In this document: positions 38,113 to 48,256 of the stretch, piece after piece
How the letters are laid out: every line of letters starts with the position of its first letter
How positions within the stretch are numbered: the stretch's first letter is position 1
Source of the DNA: an uncultured Verrucomicrobiae bacterium
GTDB taxonomy: Bacteria > Verrucomicrobiota > Verrucomicrobiia > Chthoniobacterales > JAATET01
DNA: 64,000 bases
Assembly (NCBI GenBank): GCA_963719495.1
Contig: CAVRCI010000001.1
Coordinates: 288,001 to 352,000, forward strand
Direction: 5' to 3'
The notes under the pieces: generated by a model
What the model was told of the DNA's origin: nothing
Database searches by the model: none
What the model saw: only the letters and a program-made list of their open reading frames with translations
Made by a program: the position numbers and the translations under genes

Positions 38113-39590
38113 TTTGTAAGATTAGATGCGCTAATATCCACCGATTGTCTACGAGCAAACACCCCATCGCCGTTGCGAAAAAACGCCGCCAGCCCCGTCG
38201 CCACGCAAGCGATCACGAAAAAGTAGTAGTTGCAGAACGCCTGCTTGCTCAGCACGAAAAACACCGCCAGCGCCAACCCGCTCCCCACCCCGAAGCGGAA
38301 CAACCCGTCGCCCCCACCCCGCCCGAGCCCCCACACGACCCCGCCGAAACACCCCAGACCCAGCCCCCACCACACCGGCCCGGGCAGATCGACGCCGACC
38401 GAGTGCAGCCCGGCCCCAATCGTCAATCCATCCGTCCGGAAGGGCGTGCCGCCCAGAAAAACGACCGCCGACTGCCAGAACGCCGCCGGGTCCCACAGGA
38501 TCAGCGGCAGCGTCACCACCGTCCCGGCCACCAGCATTCGCCCCAGGAACGCGACCCGCCGCGTCTCCGGCAGACACGCCCACGCCACCGGCAGCACCAG
38601 CAGCGGCAAATGCTGCTTGCTCACCAGCAACAGCCCAAACACCCACGGCGCCACCGCCCGTCGCCGCCCGCCCGCCTCCCCGGCCAGGCTCCAAACGAAC
38701 CCCGCAAACAGCCCCGCCGACACGGCCTCGGTCCACGCCATTTCGAGAACGAAAAAATTCATCGGCGAAAACAAAAACGTCAACGCCACCAGACGCCCCC
38801 AGGCCCCGCCGCCCATTCCAAGCAGACACGCCGCCGCGACAACGACAGCGGCCAACCCGGCATAACGCACGTCGCCGAGCAGCTTTCCGCCCACAGCCGT
38901 GAGAATCGTCAACGGTAGGTAGGTGTACCCCGCGTCGAGCCGCCCCTCCTCGTCCAGGGCATCGGACCCGTAGAGTTCAAGCGCGAGCTCCGGTGAATAG
39001 ACCTGCTCGAAGCGCATACCGTAAGGATTCGCTCCGTTCAACAGCCCCACCACCGCTCCGTCGTGAATGGCGAACACATCGATCTCCGGTCGTGGTGAAG
39101 CGTGCAGCACCCAGACGGCCGCCAGCGCAAACAATCCGACCGCCAGCCACGCCGCCCACCGTCCGAGTTGTTCCCCACCCAAAAACGCAACTCCACTCGC
39201 AAACGCGGCGACCGTCACCAATCCGGTGAAATCCTGGACTCGCGACCCGGCCGACATCTCCAACGCCGGCTCGGTCCCACCGACCAGAGCCACACTCACC
39301 AGCAGCCCCGTCAATCCCATCACCACCACCAAGCCCGTCCTCACCTCGCCGCCACCCCCTCCCAGCGCCGCCGCCAGGAGCGCCACACCCGCCAACAGAA
39401 AACTCAACGCCCGCGGCGAATACCCGCCGTGCCAATCGAAAATCGCCAACCCGAACACCAGCGATGCCAGCAGCACCAAAGCCACCACGGACCCATTTCC
39501 ACTCAGGTCCGGCAGCGACCCGCGTCCCCGCGCCCATGAGCTTTTGGTCGACTCGATTCCAACATTCGTTTCCGGCGCAATCCGCTCCAC
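38109..39590 (-). CDS. Polytopic membrane protein, GT-C/GT87-like glycosyltransferase candidate
   Basis: About 12 TM segments; IDVF...LLNGANPY, YTYLP, LLVSKQH, FCNYY resemble GT87-like proteins; start uncertain. Confidence 0.6.
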   Translation of the reverse strand: MERIAPETNVGIESTKSSWARGRGSLPDLSGNGSVVALVLLASLVFGLAIFDWHGGYSPRALSFLLAGVALLAAALGGGGGEVRTGLVVVMGLTGLLVSVALVGGTEPALEMSAGSRVQDFTGLVTVAAFASGVAFLGGEQLGRWAAWLAVGLFALAAVWVLHASPRPEIDVFAIHDGAVVGLLNGANPYGMRFEQVYSPELALELYGSDALDEEGRLDAGYTYLPLTILTAVGGKLLGDVRYAGLAAVVVAAACLLGMGGGAWGRLVALTFLFSPMNFFVLEMAWTEAVSAGLFAGFVWSLAGEAGGRRRAVAPWVFGLLLVSKQHLPLLVLPVAWACLPETRRVAFLGRMLVAGTVVTLPLILWDPAAFWQSAVVFLGGTPFRTDGLTIGAGLHSVGVDLPGPVWWGLGLGCFGGVVWGLGRGGGDGLFRFGVGSGLALAVFFVLSKQAFCNYYFFVIACVATGLAAFFRNGDGVFARRQSVDISASNLTK

Positions 39591-39762
39591 CGGTCCAGTA
39601 AATCTGGCGGAGGTCTCGTTTGTCGACGTCGGAGCCGATTCCGGGAAATCCCATCAGTCCGGCGACGAATTTCGGGCGACAAATTCTTCACCGGAATCAC
39701 CCACGCGGATCGACCAATCCGCTTGACCTCCCAAAGAATTTCTGGGCGTCTCGGTCCCCCCA

Positions 39763-41034
39763 ATGACCAACCAAGACCTCCCTGATAATCGATGGCTCCC
39801 GGGTTTCGTTTCAAAATCCGACACCGCGCTCCTGGCGTGCGCTCTGCTGGCCACGTTGGGTCCGCTGACCCTCCGGGCAGCCGAACCGGGCAAATCCTTT
39901 CAGCCTCTTACCGAGGACTCCGGGAAAGCCGTCGAGTCTGTCGTCGTCGAAGAGAAATCGTTCTCCCCGGACGACATCTTCGACAAGATCTGGGCGCTGC
40001 CAATCCTCTACAAAAACCCGGAGAACCCATTCATCCAGAAGATCGCTTTCACGGGCCGTTATCACGGTCAGGTCTTTGGACTGAACTCCGATGCTGGCAG
40101 CGCGAGTGGCTGGCAGAACCGGCGGGCGCGTTTCGGCGGTAAAGTCGAGTTCCTCGAAACCATGGAGGCCTACGTGACTTTCAACGCCAATTTCGAGGGC
40201 GCGACCACCGGGCGCTTCGTCGAAAACTTGGAAGACTTCGGCGTCGTCTGGGAGCCCATCTCGTGGTTCAACGTCGAGGCCGGACTTTTCAAGGTCCCGA
40301 TCACCAACGAATGGCGTGAATCGTCGAACCGCATCATCACCATCGAGCGATCGAACTTTATCAACCAAGCCATCGCGCCCAAGCTCGGCGGCGCTCTCAT
40401 CACCGGCGAGGTGAAGGGCTTCACGGAAGGTTCGGCTTTCACCTACGGCGGCGGACTCTACAGCGCGGCCCGGACCGAGGACTGGGAGGCCCCCGCCCTC
40501 GACGGTAGCGCCATGATCTACAGCGGCGTCGGCTACAAGTTCAGCGACACCCAGACCGTTCGTTTCGATAACGGAATTATGACCGGCGAAAACGAACGCG
40601 ACGTCACCCGCCCCTACTCCTACACGGCGGCACTGAATTACGAGGGCTTCTTCCTGTCCGAGAAACTCCGGCTGCAGTCCGACCTCGTGACGGCCATCGC
40701 CGACAAGGAGAACAGCAACGGGGACCTCTTCGGCCTCATCGTCCTGCCCTCCTACAAACTGACGGATCGGATCGAATTCGTCGGACGTTACCAATACCTC
40801 TTCAGCAATGAAGATCGCGGCGTCTCCGCCCAAAGCCGCTACGAAAGACGGGCACCCGACCTCACTTCGTCACGGGGCAACAACTACCACGCCATTTACG
40901 CCGGAGCGAACTTCTACGTCTACAGGGACAAAATGAAGTTCATGACCGGGCTGGAATACTCCCACCTGGACCTTCCCGATGGCGAGGACTTCAACCAGCT
41001 CACGCTCTTCGCGGCCTTCCGCGTCTGGTTTTAA
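39763..41034 (+). CDS. Phosphate-selective porin (OprO/OprP-like)
   Basis: Signal peptide, RRARFGGK, IITIERS, terminal aromatic FRVWF; directly upstream of pstS. Confidence 0.8.
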   Translation: MTNQDLPDNRWLPGFVSKSDTALLACALLATLGPLTLRAAEPGKSFQPLTEDSGKAVESVVVEEKSFSPDDIFDKIWALPILYKNPENPFIQKIAFTGRYHGQVFGLNSDAGSASGWQNRRARFGGKVEFLETMEAYVTFNANFEGATTGRFVENLEDFGVVWEPISWFNVEAGLFKVPITNEWRESSNRIITIERSNFINQAIAPKLGGALITGEVKGFTEGSAFTYGGGLYSAARTEDWEAPALDGSAMIYSGVGYKFSDTQTVRFDNGIMTGENERDVTRPYSYTAALNYEGFFLSEKLRLQSDLVTAIADKENSNGDLFGLIVLPSYKLTDRIEFVGRYQYLFSNEDRGVSAQSRYERRAPDLTSSRGNNYHAIYAGANFYVYRDKMKFMTGLEYSHLDLPDGEDFNQLTLFAAFRVWF

Positions 41035-41081
41035 CGAAAATCACCCCGGAGCCACCCGGAACGGACCGCTCCCGCTTCGGT

Positions 41082-41130
41082 GGAAACCGCCACTCGGCTG
41101 AATTGCTTCAGCGGGGGTGGCGGTTTTTCC
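41082..41130 (+). terminator. Probable terminator hairpin between the porin gene and pstS
   Basis: AAACCGCCAC...GTGGCGGTTT stem followed by a T run. Confidence 0.6.
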
Positions 41131-41263
41131 GCTATGACCCCGATCGTCGACGGCCTGCAAGCTCGCCACCGCCCGTTCGTGTCGCTTTTGTAACAAACCC
41201 ACCTTTGCCGCAAAAAACCCAACGCCTCAAATCTCACCCGGTAACCCAAATCCCATCCGACCC

Positions 41264-42337
41264 ATGAAATCCTCACTCTTCTCCCGCTCCGCCGCCTTCG
41301 CCTGCCTCGCCACCACCCTCGGCCTCGTCGGCTGCGGCGACTCCGACACCAATTCCGGCGACCAGACCACCTCCGGCTCCGGCACCGCGGGCACCATCCA
41401 GATCACGGGCGCCGGTGCCAGCTTCCCCGCGCCACTCTACCAACGCTGGGCGCAGGAATTCCACGCCGCCAACCCCGACATCCAGGTCAACTACCAGTCC
41501 ATCGGCAGCGGAGCCGGCATCAAGCAATTCACCTCCGACACCGTGAATTTCGGTGCCAGTGACGCCGCGATGAAGGATGAGGAGATCGCCGAGGTCTCCC
41601 GCGGAGCCATCATGATCCCGGCCACCGCGGGCAGCATCGTCGTCGCCTACAACCTGCCGGAGTTCCCCGCGCTCAAGCTCTCCCGCGACGCCTACGTCGG
41701 CATCTTCCGCGGCACGATCACCAACTGGAACGATCCCGCCATCGCCACGGCCAACCCCGGCGTTACCCTGCCCGATCAGGACATCATTCTCGCCACCCGA
41801 TCCGACGGCTCCGGCACGACGTTCGTCTTCACCAAGCACCTCGCGGCGATCAGCCCGGAGTTCACGACAGAAATCGGCGAAGGAAAAGCCGTCTCCTGGC
41901 CCGGCAACAGCATCGGCGGCAAGGGCAACGAAGGCGTAACCGCCCTCATCCAACAGGCCCCCGGCACCGTCGGCTACGTCGAATACGGCTACGCCAAAAA
42001 CAACGGCCTCGAAATGGCCAGCCTCGAGAACAAATCGGGCGAGTTCGTCGTTCCGACCGACGCCAGCGCCGCCGCGACCCTCGCCAGCGTCGAGCTCCCC
42101 GCGAACCTCCGCATCTGGCCCTCCGATCCCGAAGGCGCCGGCGACTACCCGATCGTCACCTTCACCTGGCTCCTCGTCTACGGCGAATACCCGGACGCGG
42201 CCACCAAGGAAGCCGTCAAAAAATTCGTCACCTTCGGTCTCACCGAAGGTCAGAAATTCGCTCCCGAGCTGGGCTACGTGACCCTACCGGAGCCCGTCGT
42301 CGCCAAGGCCAAAGCCGCCCTCGAAACCGTCAAGTAG
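41264..42337 (+). CDS. pstS: Phosphate ABC transporter substrate-binding lipoprotein
   Basis: Lipobox LVGC, GAGASFPAPLY, GSGAG, RSDGSGTT. Confidence 0.96.
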   Translation: MKSSLFSRSAAFACLATTLGLVGCGDSDTNSGDQTTSGSGTAGTIQITGAGASFPAPLYQRWAQEFHAANPDIQVNYQSIGSGAGIKQFTSDTVNFGASDAAMKDEEIAEVSRGAIMIPATAGSIVVAYNLPEFPALKLSRDAYVGIFRGTITNWNDPAIATANPGVTLPDQDIILATRSDGSGTTFVFTKHLAAISPEFTTEIGEGKAVSWPGNSIGGKGNEGVTALIQQAPGTVGYVEYGYAKNNGLEMASLENKSGEFVVPTDASAAATLASVELPANLRIWPSDPEGAGDYPIVTFTWLLVYGEYPDAATKEAVKKFVTFGLTEGQKFAPELGYVTLPEPVVAKAKAALETVK

Positions 42338-42354
42338 GTTCCGACCTCCGACCC

Positions 42355-43347
42355 ATGCCTCCGGACCGTCCCTCCACCGCGCCCCGCTCGCTGGATGACA
42401 TCCGCGTGGGCCCCGACTACTTCCGCATCCTGTGCTGGGTGGCGGCGGCGGCGACCGTTGCCACCCTCGCCTGGATCGTCGGCGAAATCATCCACCAAGC
42501 CTGGCCCGCCATCCGCGCGTTTGGGCTCAAATTCATCATCAGCACCGAGTGGGTGCCCAACCGCGGCGAATTCGGCGTCCTCCCGTTCCTCGTCGGCACC
42601 ACCGTCAGCTCACTCATCGCCATCCTGCTCGCCCTCCCCCTCGGCCTCGCGGTCGCCATTTTCCTGAGCGAAGACTTTCTCCCCCTCCCCGTTCGCAACG
42701 TCATCCGGTTCGTCGTCGAGCTCCTCGCCGCCATCCCCAGCGTCGTCTACGGCCTCTGGGGCATCGCCGTCGTCATCCCGCTCGTCCGAAATTACGGCGG
42801 CCTCCTCGCCGACGCGTTCGGCGGCGAGAAGAGCTGGCTCGGCGAACACCTCGGCTTCAGCCTCGCCATCTTCAAAGGCCCGTCCTTCGGCAACAGCATG
42901 CTCACCGCCAGTATCGTGCTTGCGCTCATGATCCTGCCGACCATCACCGCCATCGCCCGCAGCGCGATGGTCGCCGTCCCGAAATCCCTCCGCGAAGGAG
43001 CCTACGCCCTCGGCGCGACCCGCTGGGAGGCCATTTTTGGAGTCATCATGCCGACCGCTGCCCCCGGCATCGTCGCCGCCACCATCCTCGCCCTCGGTCG
43101 TGCCATGGGTGAGACGATGGCCATCGCCATGCTCATCGGTAACAGCTCGAATCTCGACTGGTCCGTCCTCCGTCCCGCCGGCACCCTCGCCGCCCTCCTC
43201 GCCAACGAATTCTCGGAAGCCAGCGGCCTCCAAATCGCTTCGCTCATGTATGCCGCTCTCCTCCTCGTCGTCCTCACGCTCGGCGTGAACGTCATCGGCG
43301 AGATCGTCCTCAAACGCGCCCAGAAGAACGTCAGCGGAGCCCTCTAG
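42355..43347 (+). CDS. pstC: Phosphate ABC transporter permease
   Basis: ELLAAIPSVVYGLWG, LREGAYALGATRWE, GRAMGETMA. Confidence 0.95.
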   Translation: MPPDRPSTAPRSLDDIRVGPDYFRILCWVAAAATVATLAWIVGEIIHQAWPAIRAFGLKFIISTEWVPNRGEFGVLPFLVGTTVSSLIAILLALPLGLAVAIFLSEDFLPLPVRNVIRFVVELLAAIPSVVYGLWGIAVVIPLVRNYGGLLADAFGGEKSWLGEHLGFSLAIFKGPSFGNSMLTASIVLALMILPTITAIARSAMVAVPKSLREGAYALGATRWEAIFGVIMPTAAPGIVAATILALGRAMGETMAIAMLIGNSSNLDWSVLRPAGTLAALLANEFSEASGLQIASLMYAALLLVVLTLGVNVIGEIVLKRAQKNVSGAL

Positions 43348-43354
43348 AATCACC

Positions 43355-44269
43355 ATGGACAACGTCGCCACCCGGGAACCCGATTTCTTCCAGGACCACG
43401 CCATCGACAGCGGCAGCGCGGGGCGTTCCTTCGGCAACCGCGTCCTCACCACCCTCTGCGTCGCGCTCTCGTTCCTGACGCTCATTCCCCTTTTCTCGAT
43501 CGTCTACATGCTCTTCGCGAAGGGCCTGCCGCTTCTCAGCTTCAGCGTCTTCACCGAACTCCCCCCGGCTTCGGGAATGACCGGCGGCGGCTTCGGCAAC
43601 GCCATCATCGGCACCTTCGTCATGGTCGGCATCGCCCTCGCCATCGCCACGCCCCTCGGCATGCTCTCAGCAATCTACGTCACGGAATACGCCCCCTTCT
43701 CGCGGCTCTCGAAAACCGTTCGCTTCGTCGCCAAGCTCCTCACCGGCATCCCATCCATCATCGCGGGCGTCTTCGCCTACGCGATCATCGTGATCAGCGG
43801 CATCTCGATCTTCGGCATCGAAATCGTCCCCCGCGGCTTCTCGGCCTTCGCCGGCGGCGTTGCCCTCGCCGTCCTCATCCTCCCCACCATTCTCCTCACC
43901 TCCGAGCAGGCCCTCCTCGGCGTCCAACGCGCCTACCGCGAAGCCTCCTTCGGCCTCGGCGCGACCCAGTTCCAAACCATCTGGCGCATCGTCCTCCCCG
44001 AGGCCCTCCCGGCCATGATGACCGGCGTCATGCTCGCCGTTGCCCGGGCCGCCGGCGAGACCGCCCCCGTCCTCTTCACCGCGCTTTTCAGCTTCTTCTG
44101 GGCCTCGTCGATCATGCAGCCGACCGCCTCGCTCTCGATGCTCATCTACAACTTCGCAACTCTCCCCTTCGAGCACCAGGTCAACCTCGCGTGGACCGCC
44201 TCCCTCGTCCTCGTCACCATTGTCACGATCATCAACGTCGTCGCTCAACTCGCCTTCCGGAAAAAGTAG
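43355..44269 (+). CDS. pstA: Phosphate ABC transporter permease
   Basis: LTGIPSII, REASFGLGA, ARAAGETAP. Confidence 0.95.
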   Translation: MDNVATREPDFFQDHAIDSGSAGRSFGNRVLTTLCVALSFLTLIPLFSIVYMLFAKGLPLLSFSVFTELPPASGMTGGGFGNAIIGTFVMVGIALAIATPLGMLSAIYVTEYAPFSRLSKTVRFVAKLLTGIPSIIAGVFAYAIIVISGISIFGIEIVPRGFSAFAGGVALAVLILPTILLTSEQALLGVQRAYREASFGLGATQFQTIWRIVLPEALPAMMTGVMLAVARAAGETAPVLFTALFSFFWASSIMQPTASLSMLIYNFATLPFEHQVNLAWTASLVLVTIVTIINVVAQLAFRKK

Positions 44270-44296
44270 TCGCCGCACCCGGCCCCACTCGTTCAA

Positions 44297-45169
44297 ATGA
44301 ATACCGTCATGGAGAGACCTTCCGACCCAGCCTCCCACCCCCAGCCCGTGTCCTCGTCCCAGCCCGATTCCAGCCCATCGGATCGCTTCGCCGCCGCGCC
44401 GACCGCCGAATCCCGCGAAGACTTCATCGTCGTCCGCGACCTCGATTTCTTCTACGGATCCAAGCAGGCCCTCTTCAACGTCAACCTCCAGATCCCCGAG
44501 AAGCGCGTCACCGCCTTCATCGGCCCTTCCGGATGCGGCAAATCCACCCTCCTGCGGAATTTCAACCGCATGAACGAGCTCATCGATGGCACCCGCTACG
44601 AAGGCGACATCACCATCAACGACCGCAGCATCTACGATCCCAAGATCGAGGTCATCGCCCTCCGCCGCTCCATCGGCATGGTCTTTCAGAAGTCCAACCC
44701 GTTCCCGAAATCCATCTACGAAAACATCGTCTACGGCATGCGCATCGCCGGCCGGAAAAACAAAAAACTCCTCGATCAAACGGTCGAGGAAAGCCTCCGC
44801 GGAGCCGCCCTCTGGGACGAAGTGAAGGACCGCCTCCACGACAGCGCCCTCAGCCTCTCCGGCGGCCAGATGCAGCGCCTCTGCATCGCCCGCGCCATCG
44901 CGAACAAGCCCAAGGTCCTCCTCATGGACGAACCCTGCTCCGCCCTCGACCCCATCGCCACCGCCAAGGTCGAAGAACTCATCCACGAACTGAAGAAGGA
45001 GTTCACCATCATCATCGTCACCCACAACATGCAGCAGGCCACCCGCTGCTCCGACCGCTGCGCCTTCTTTTACCTCGGCAAGCTCATCGAATACGACCAC
45101 ACCCGAAAGCTCTTCTCCAATCCCGCCGAGAAGCAAACCGAGGACTACATCACCGGCCGCTTCGGCTAA
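44297..45169 (+). CDS. pstB: Phosphate ABC transporter ATPase
   Basis: [33 protein letters not shown]. Confidence 0.96.
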   Translation: MNTVMERPSDPASHPQPVSSSQPDSSPSDRFAAAPTAESREDFIVVRDLDFFYGSKQALFNVNLQIPEKRVTAFIGPSGCGKSTLLRNFNRMNELIDGTRYEGDITINDRSIYDPKIEVIALRRSIGMVFQKSNPFPKSIYENIVYGMRIAGRKNKKLLDQTVEESLRGAALWDEVKDRLHDSALSLSGGQMQRLCIARAIANKPKVLLMDEPCSALDPIATAKVEELIHELKKEFTIIIVTHNMQQATRCSDRCAFFYLGKLIEYDHTRKLFSNPAEKQTEDYITGRFG

Positions 45170-45179
45170 ACCACCAACC

Positions 45180-45872
45180 ATGCCCGACACCCCCGGCCCC
45201 CACATTTCCGCGACCTTCGACGGCGTCATGCAGAACTTGCGAAACAACGTTCTCATGATGTCCAGCCTCACCGACCGCAACGTCCAGAACGCCTCGAAGG
45301 GCCTCTTCCAACGCGACGACGACCTCTGCAACGTCGCCATCGCCGACGACGAGGAAATCGACTCGCTCGAAATCCAAATCGACCGCGACGGAGTCGAAAT
45401 CCTCCTCCGCTACAACCCCCTCGCCACCGACCTCCGCCAGGTCGTCACGGCCATGAAGTCCAGCGTCAACATCGAGCGCATCGCCGATCAGGCCGTCAGC
45501 ATCGCCCGCCGGGGAAAAAAGCTCAACGCCGTCGCCGAACTCCCCGCCGTCCACAAGCTCGAGCCCCTCTTCGCCCTCGCCACCGGCATGTTCCGCGACG
45601 CCACCAAAGCCTTCTCCGACTCGGACGTGGAATTGGCCCGATCCCTCAAACCCCGCGACAAGGAACTGGACGTCCTGAACCACGAATTCGCCGACTACTG
45701 CACCGACCGCATGGCCGCCGAGTCCGCCAACGTCCAAGTCTACCTGAACTACATCTTCATAGCTCGTTCGTTAGAGCGAATCGGCGACCACGCCACCAAC
45801 CTGGGCGAAGACATCGTCTACGCGGTAGCAGCCGAAGAAGTCCGCCACAAACAAAGCAGTCCCATCTTGTAG
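45180..45872 (+). CDS. phoU: Phosphate signalling protein PhoU
   Basis: PLATDLR, ERIAD, LERIGDHATN. Confidence 0.93.
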   Translation: MPDTPGPHISATFDGVMQNLRNNVLMMSSLTDRNVQNASKGLFQRDDDLCNVAIADDEEIDSLEIQIDRDGVEILLRYNPLATDLRQVVTAMKSSVNIERIADQAVSIARRGKKLNAVAELPAVHKLEPLFALATGMFRDATKAFSDSDVELARSLKPRDKELDVLNHEFADYCTDRMAAESANVQVYLNYIFIARSLERIGDHATNLGEDIVYAVAAEEVRHKQSSPIL

Positions 45873-46010
45873 GGGAGCGCACGCGTCCCCGCGTTCGAGC
45901 CGCGGCGTCCCGCCGCGGCAACCCGGCAAATCGAGCGAAGCGAGAGAGCCGGACCCGCTCAAGGAGCGGCGATTTGCAATCGCCGAACCAACCCAAGCGG
46001 CAAAGCCGCC
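45872..46010 (+). repeat. REP-like cluster (families C and B)
   Basis: ggggagcgcacgcgtccccgcgt, gccgcggcgtcccgccgcggc, caaggagcggcgatttgcaatcgccg, gcggcaaagccgc. Confidence 0.8.
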
Positions 46011-46022
46011 ACTCCCTCACCC

Positions 46023-47285
46023 CAGGGCCGACGCATCTAAAAATTGAGGAGGTGCAGGAGGAAGTCGTGATCCCAGGCTGCGACGAGTTGTTTGGTCTTG
46101 ATGCTGCGTTTTTTGGACTTTTCGCGAGAGAGCAGGTTTAGGGCGAGGCGGCGCAGGGTGGCGAGATTCTCGGCGGCGTGAGCGGTTCGAGCGCGGGAAC
46201 CATCTTCGCGCAGGATGACGTCCAAGACCCAGTGGCAGGAGTTTTCCACGCCCCAATGTCCACGGACGGCTTGAGCGAAAAGTCCGACGTCGAGGGGCAG
46301 GCTGCTCAGGAAGTAGCGTCTTTCCACGCTGATTTGACCTTTGATTTCGCGGCTGGATTCGACCATTCCGACGCTCTGCAGCCCTTCCCATTGGCTGATG
46401 TCTGCGAACCAGTCGATGGCGACGCTTTGGAAATAGCGCCGGATTTCCAAGCGCCCGTGGCCTTTGTCGACGGTTTCCAGGAATGCGAAAGTGGGAGCGC
46501 TTGGTGGTTTCTTCGTGGATGGTTTGGGCACTGGAGGGCTCTGGAGCTCGCGATCAAATTCGGCATCGAGGAAGCTTTTGACTTCCTCATGGACGGTTTG
46601 GTGATTGCCTTTGAGAGCGAGAACGTAATCGGCGTCGGCCTCGATGATTTCTCGGGCGATCTCTTTCTGGCACCCCATCGCGTCGGTGCTCACGATGCAG
46701 CCACGCAGTTCCAACGCTCGCAGCAGCGTGGGAACCGCCGTGATTTCGTTGGTTTTGTCGGGCACTTCGAGCTGCCCCAGGACAAGTCGATTGCTGGTTG
46801 CCCAAGCATTGACGATGAAGCGCACATTCCCGCCGTCCTGGCAGGCTGCGCGGAGGGCTTTGCCGTCGACGGCGACGATTTCCCGGTCGATGTGTTCGCG
46901 CACGCTCTGCGTCCACCTCATGAAGCACTCGTGAAAACTCGCCGGATTGATCAGCGAAAACACGCGATTGAACGTGTCGTGGCTGGGGATGCCGTTGGGC
47001 AACTTCAGAAACGTTCGGAACCATTTTTCCTTGGCCCGACCGAACTCTTCCATGTCGTAGAAAGACGTGCCCGCGCACAAAAGCGTCGAGATCGCGATCA
47101 CTAGAATGTCGCTCAACTCATGGTAGCGAGTGCGCGATACTCGCGGATCTTCTATGCGTTTGAACTCTTCGATCAGGCTTTTTTGGATGGGATGCGTTTC
47201 GGGCATCTCCTCCATCTACGCACGGGAAAATATAGTACCAGCCCAAACTTCCTCCATCGCGATCTTTTTTGATGCGTCGGCCCTG
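46023..47285 (-). mobile_element. ISAs1-family insertion sequence
   Basis: Terminal IRs CAGGGCCGACGCATC (46023-46037) / GATGCGTCGGCCCTG (47271-47285), extending to 21 bp with one mismatch; flanking direct repeat CCTCACCC at 46015-46022 and 47287-47294. Confidence 0.93.
46037..47215 (-). CDS. ISAs1-family DDE transposase
   Basis: DPR, GIPSHDTF, VDGKALR, KTNEIT, DAMGCQ, LALKGN, HGRLE, HWGVEN, LDVILRED. Confidence 0.95.
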   Translation of the reverse strand: MEEMPETHPIQKSLIEEFKRIEDPRVSRTRYHELSDILVIAISTLLCAGTSFYDMEEFGRAKEKWFRTFLKLPNGIPSHDTFNRVFSLINPASFHECFMRWTQSVREHIDREIVAVDGKALRAACQDGGNVRFIVNAWATSNRLVLGQLEVPDKTNEITAVPTLLRALELRGCIVSTDAMGCQKEIAREIIEADADYVLALKGNHQTVHEEVKSFLDAEFDRELQSPPVPKPSTKKPPSAPTFAFLETVDKGHGRLEIRRYFQSVAIDWFADISQWEGLQSVGMVESSREIKGQISVERRYFLSSLPLDVGLFAQAVRGHWGVENSCHWVLDVILREDGSRARTAHAAENLATLRRLALNLLSREKSKKRSIKTKQLVAAWDHDFLLHLLNF

Positions 47286-47338
47286 GCCTCACCCCAACCC
47301 AGCGTGACACCCACCCCACCCCCCGCTACCGTCCGCCC

Positions 47339-48256
47339 ATGATCAGCATGACCGGATACGGCCGAGGAGAATCAAAAACCACCACCCCCCGCTGCGTGGT
47401 CGAGTGCTCCTCGGTCAACCGCAAGGGCCTCGAAGTCGCCTGCCAAATGCCCCGCGACCTCGCCGCCATCGAAGTCAAAATCCGCGACCTCGTCCAACGC
47501 CGGATCGCCCGCGGCCGGGTCGCCGTCGTCATCCAATTCCCCGCCAACCCAGCCACCCCCGATTCCGCCCCACCCGAAACCACCGCACTCCAGCCCCCCC
47601 CCACCATCGACACGCCCCTCGCCCGCAATCTCCTCACCCAACTCCGCGCCCTCCAGACCGACCTCGACCTCCCCGGCACCCTCGACATCAACACCCTCCT
47701 CGCCATCCCCGGGATCCTCCGCCCCCCCGAGCCCGCCGCCGAAATCACCGAAACCCCCGACGTCTGGCCGTCCCTCCAGCAAGCCCTCGAATCCGCCCTC
47801 ACCGCCCTCGTCGCCATGCGCCGCCAAGAGGGCGAAGCCCTCGCCACCGACCTCACCACCCGCCTCGCCCACCTCGCCACCCTCCGCGACCAGATGGCCG
47901 CCCACGCCCAGCAAGTCGTCACCGACTACCGCGCCCTCCTCCACAAACGCCTCGCCGAAGCCGCGCTCGAATTCCCCGTCGACGAACACCGCCTCGCCAC
48001 CGAAATCGCCATTTTCGCCGAACGCTGCGACGTCTCCGAAGAGCTCACCCGCCTCGCCAGCCACTTCGACCAGTTCCGCGAAAAGCTCGCCAGCCCCGAA
48101 CCCATCGGCCGCGCCCTGGAATTTCTCACCCAGGAAATCTCCCGCGAATTCAACACCCTCGGTGCGAAAGCCGGCGACAGCGCCCTCTCCCGCTTGGTCG
48201 TCGACGCGAAGGTGGAACTTGATAAGATGCGCGAGCAGATCCTCAATGTTGAATAG
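47339..48256 (+). CDS. yicC: YicC/YloC family endoribonuclease
   Basis: SMTGYGR, SVNRK, DVSEELTRL, GRALEF, REFNTLGAK, REQILNVE. Confidence 0.93.
   Translation: MISMTGYGRGESKTTTPRCVVECSSVNRKGLEVACQMPRDLAAIEVKIRDLVQRRIARGRVAVVIQFPANPATPDSAPPETTALQPPPTIDTPLARNLLTQLRALQTDLDLPGTLDINTLLAIPGILRPPEPAAEITETPDVWPSLQQALESALTALVAMRRQEGEALATDLTTRLAHLATLRDQMAAHAQQVVTDYRALLHKRLAEAALEFPVDEHRLATEIAIFAERCDVSEELTRLASHFDQFREKLASPEPIGRALEFLTQEISREFNTLGAKAGDSALSRLVVDAKVELDKMREQILNVE

Noticed and set aside
39661..39685. GGCGACRAATT direct repeat upstream of the porin as a Pho box
   Set aside because: 14-bp spacing and only two copies; could be an operator but evidence is insufficient
41178..41198. Pho box upstream of pstS (GTGTCGCTTTTGTAACA)
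   Set aside because: Half-sites are 9 bp apart, not the 11-bp period of PhoB boxes; unsupported without comparison
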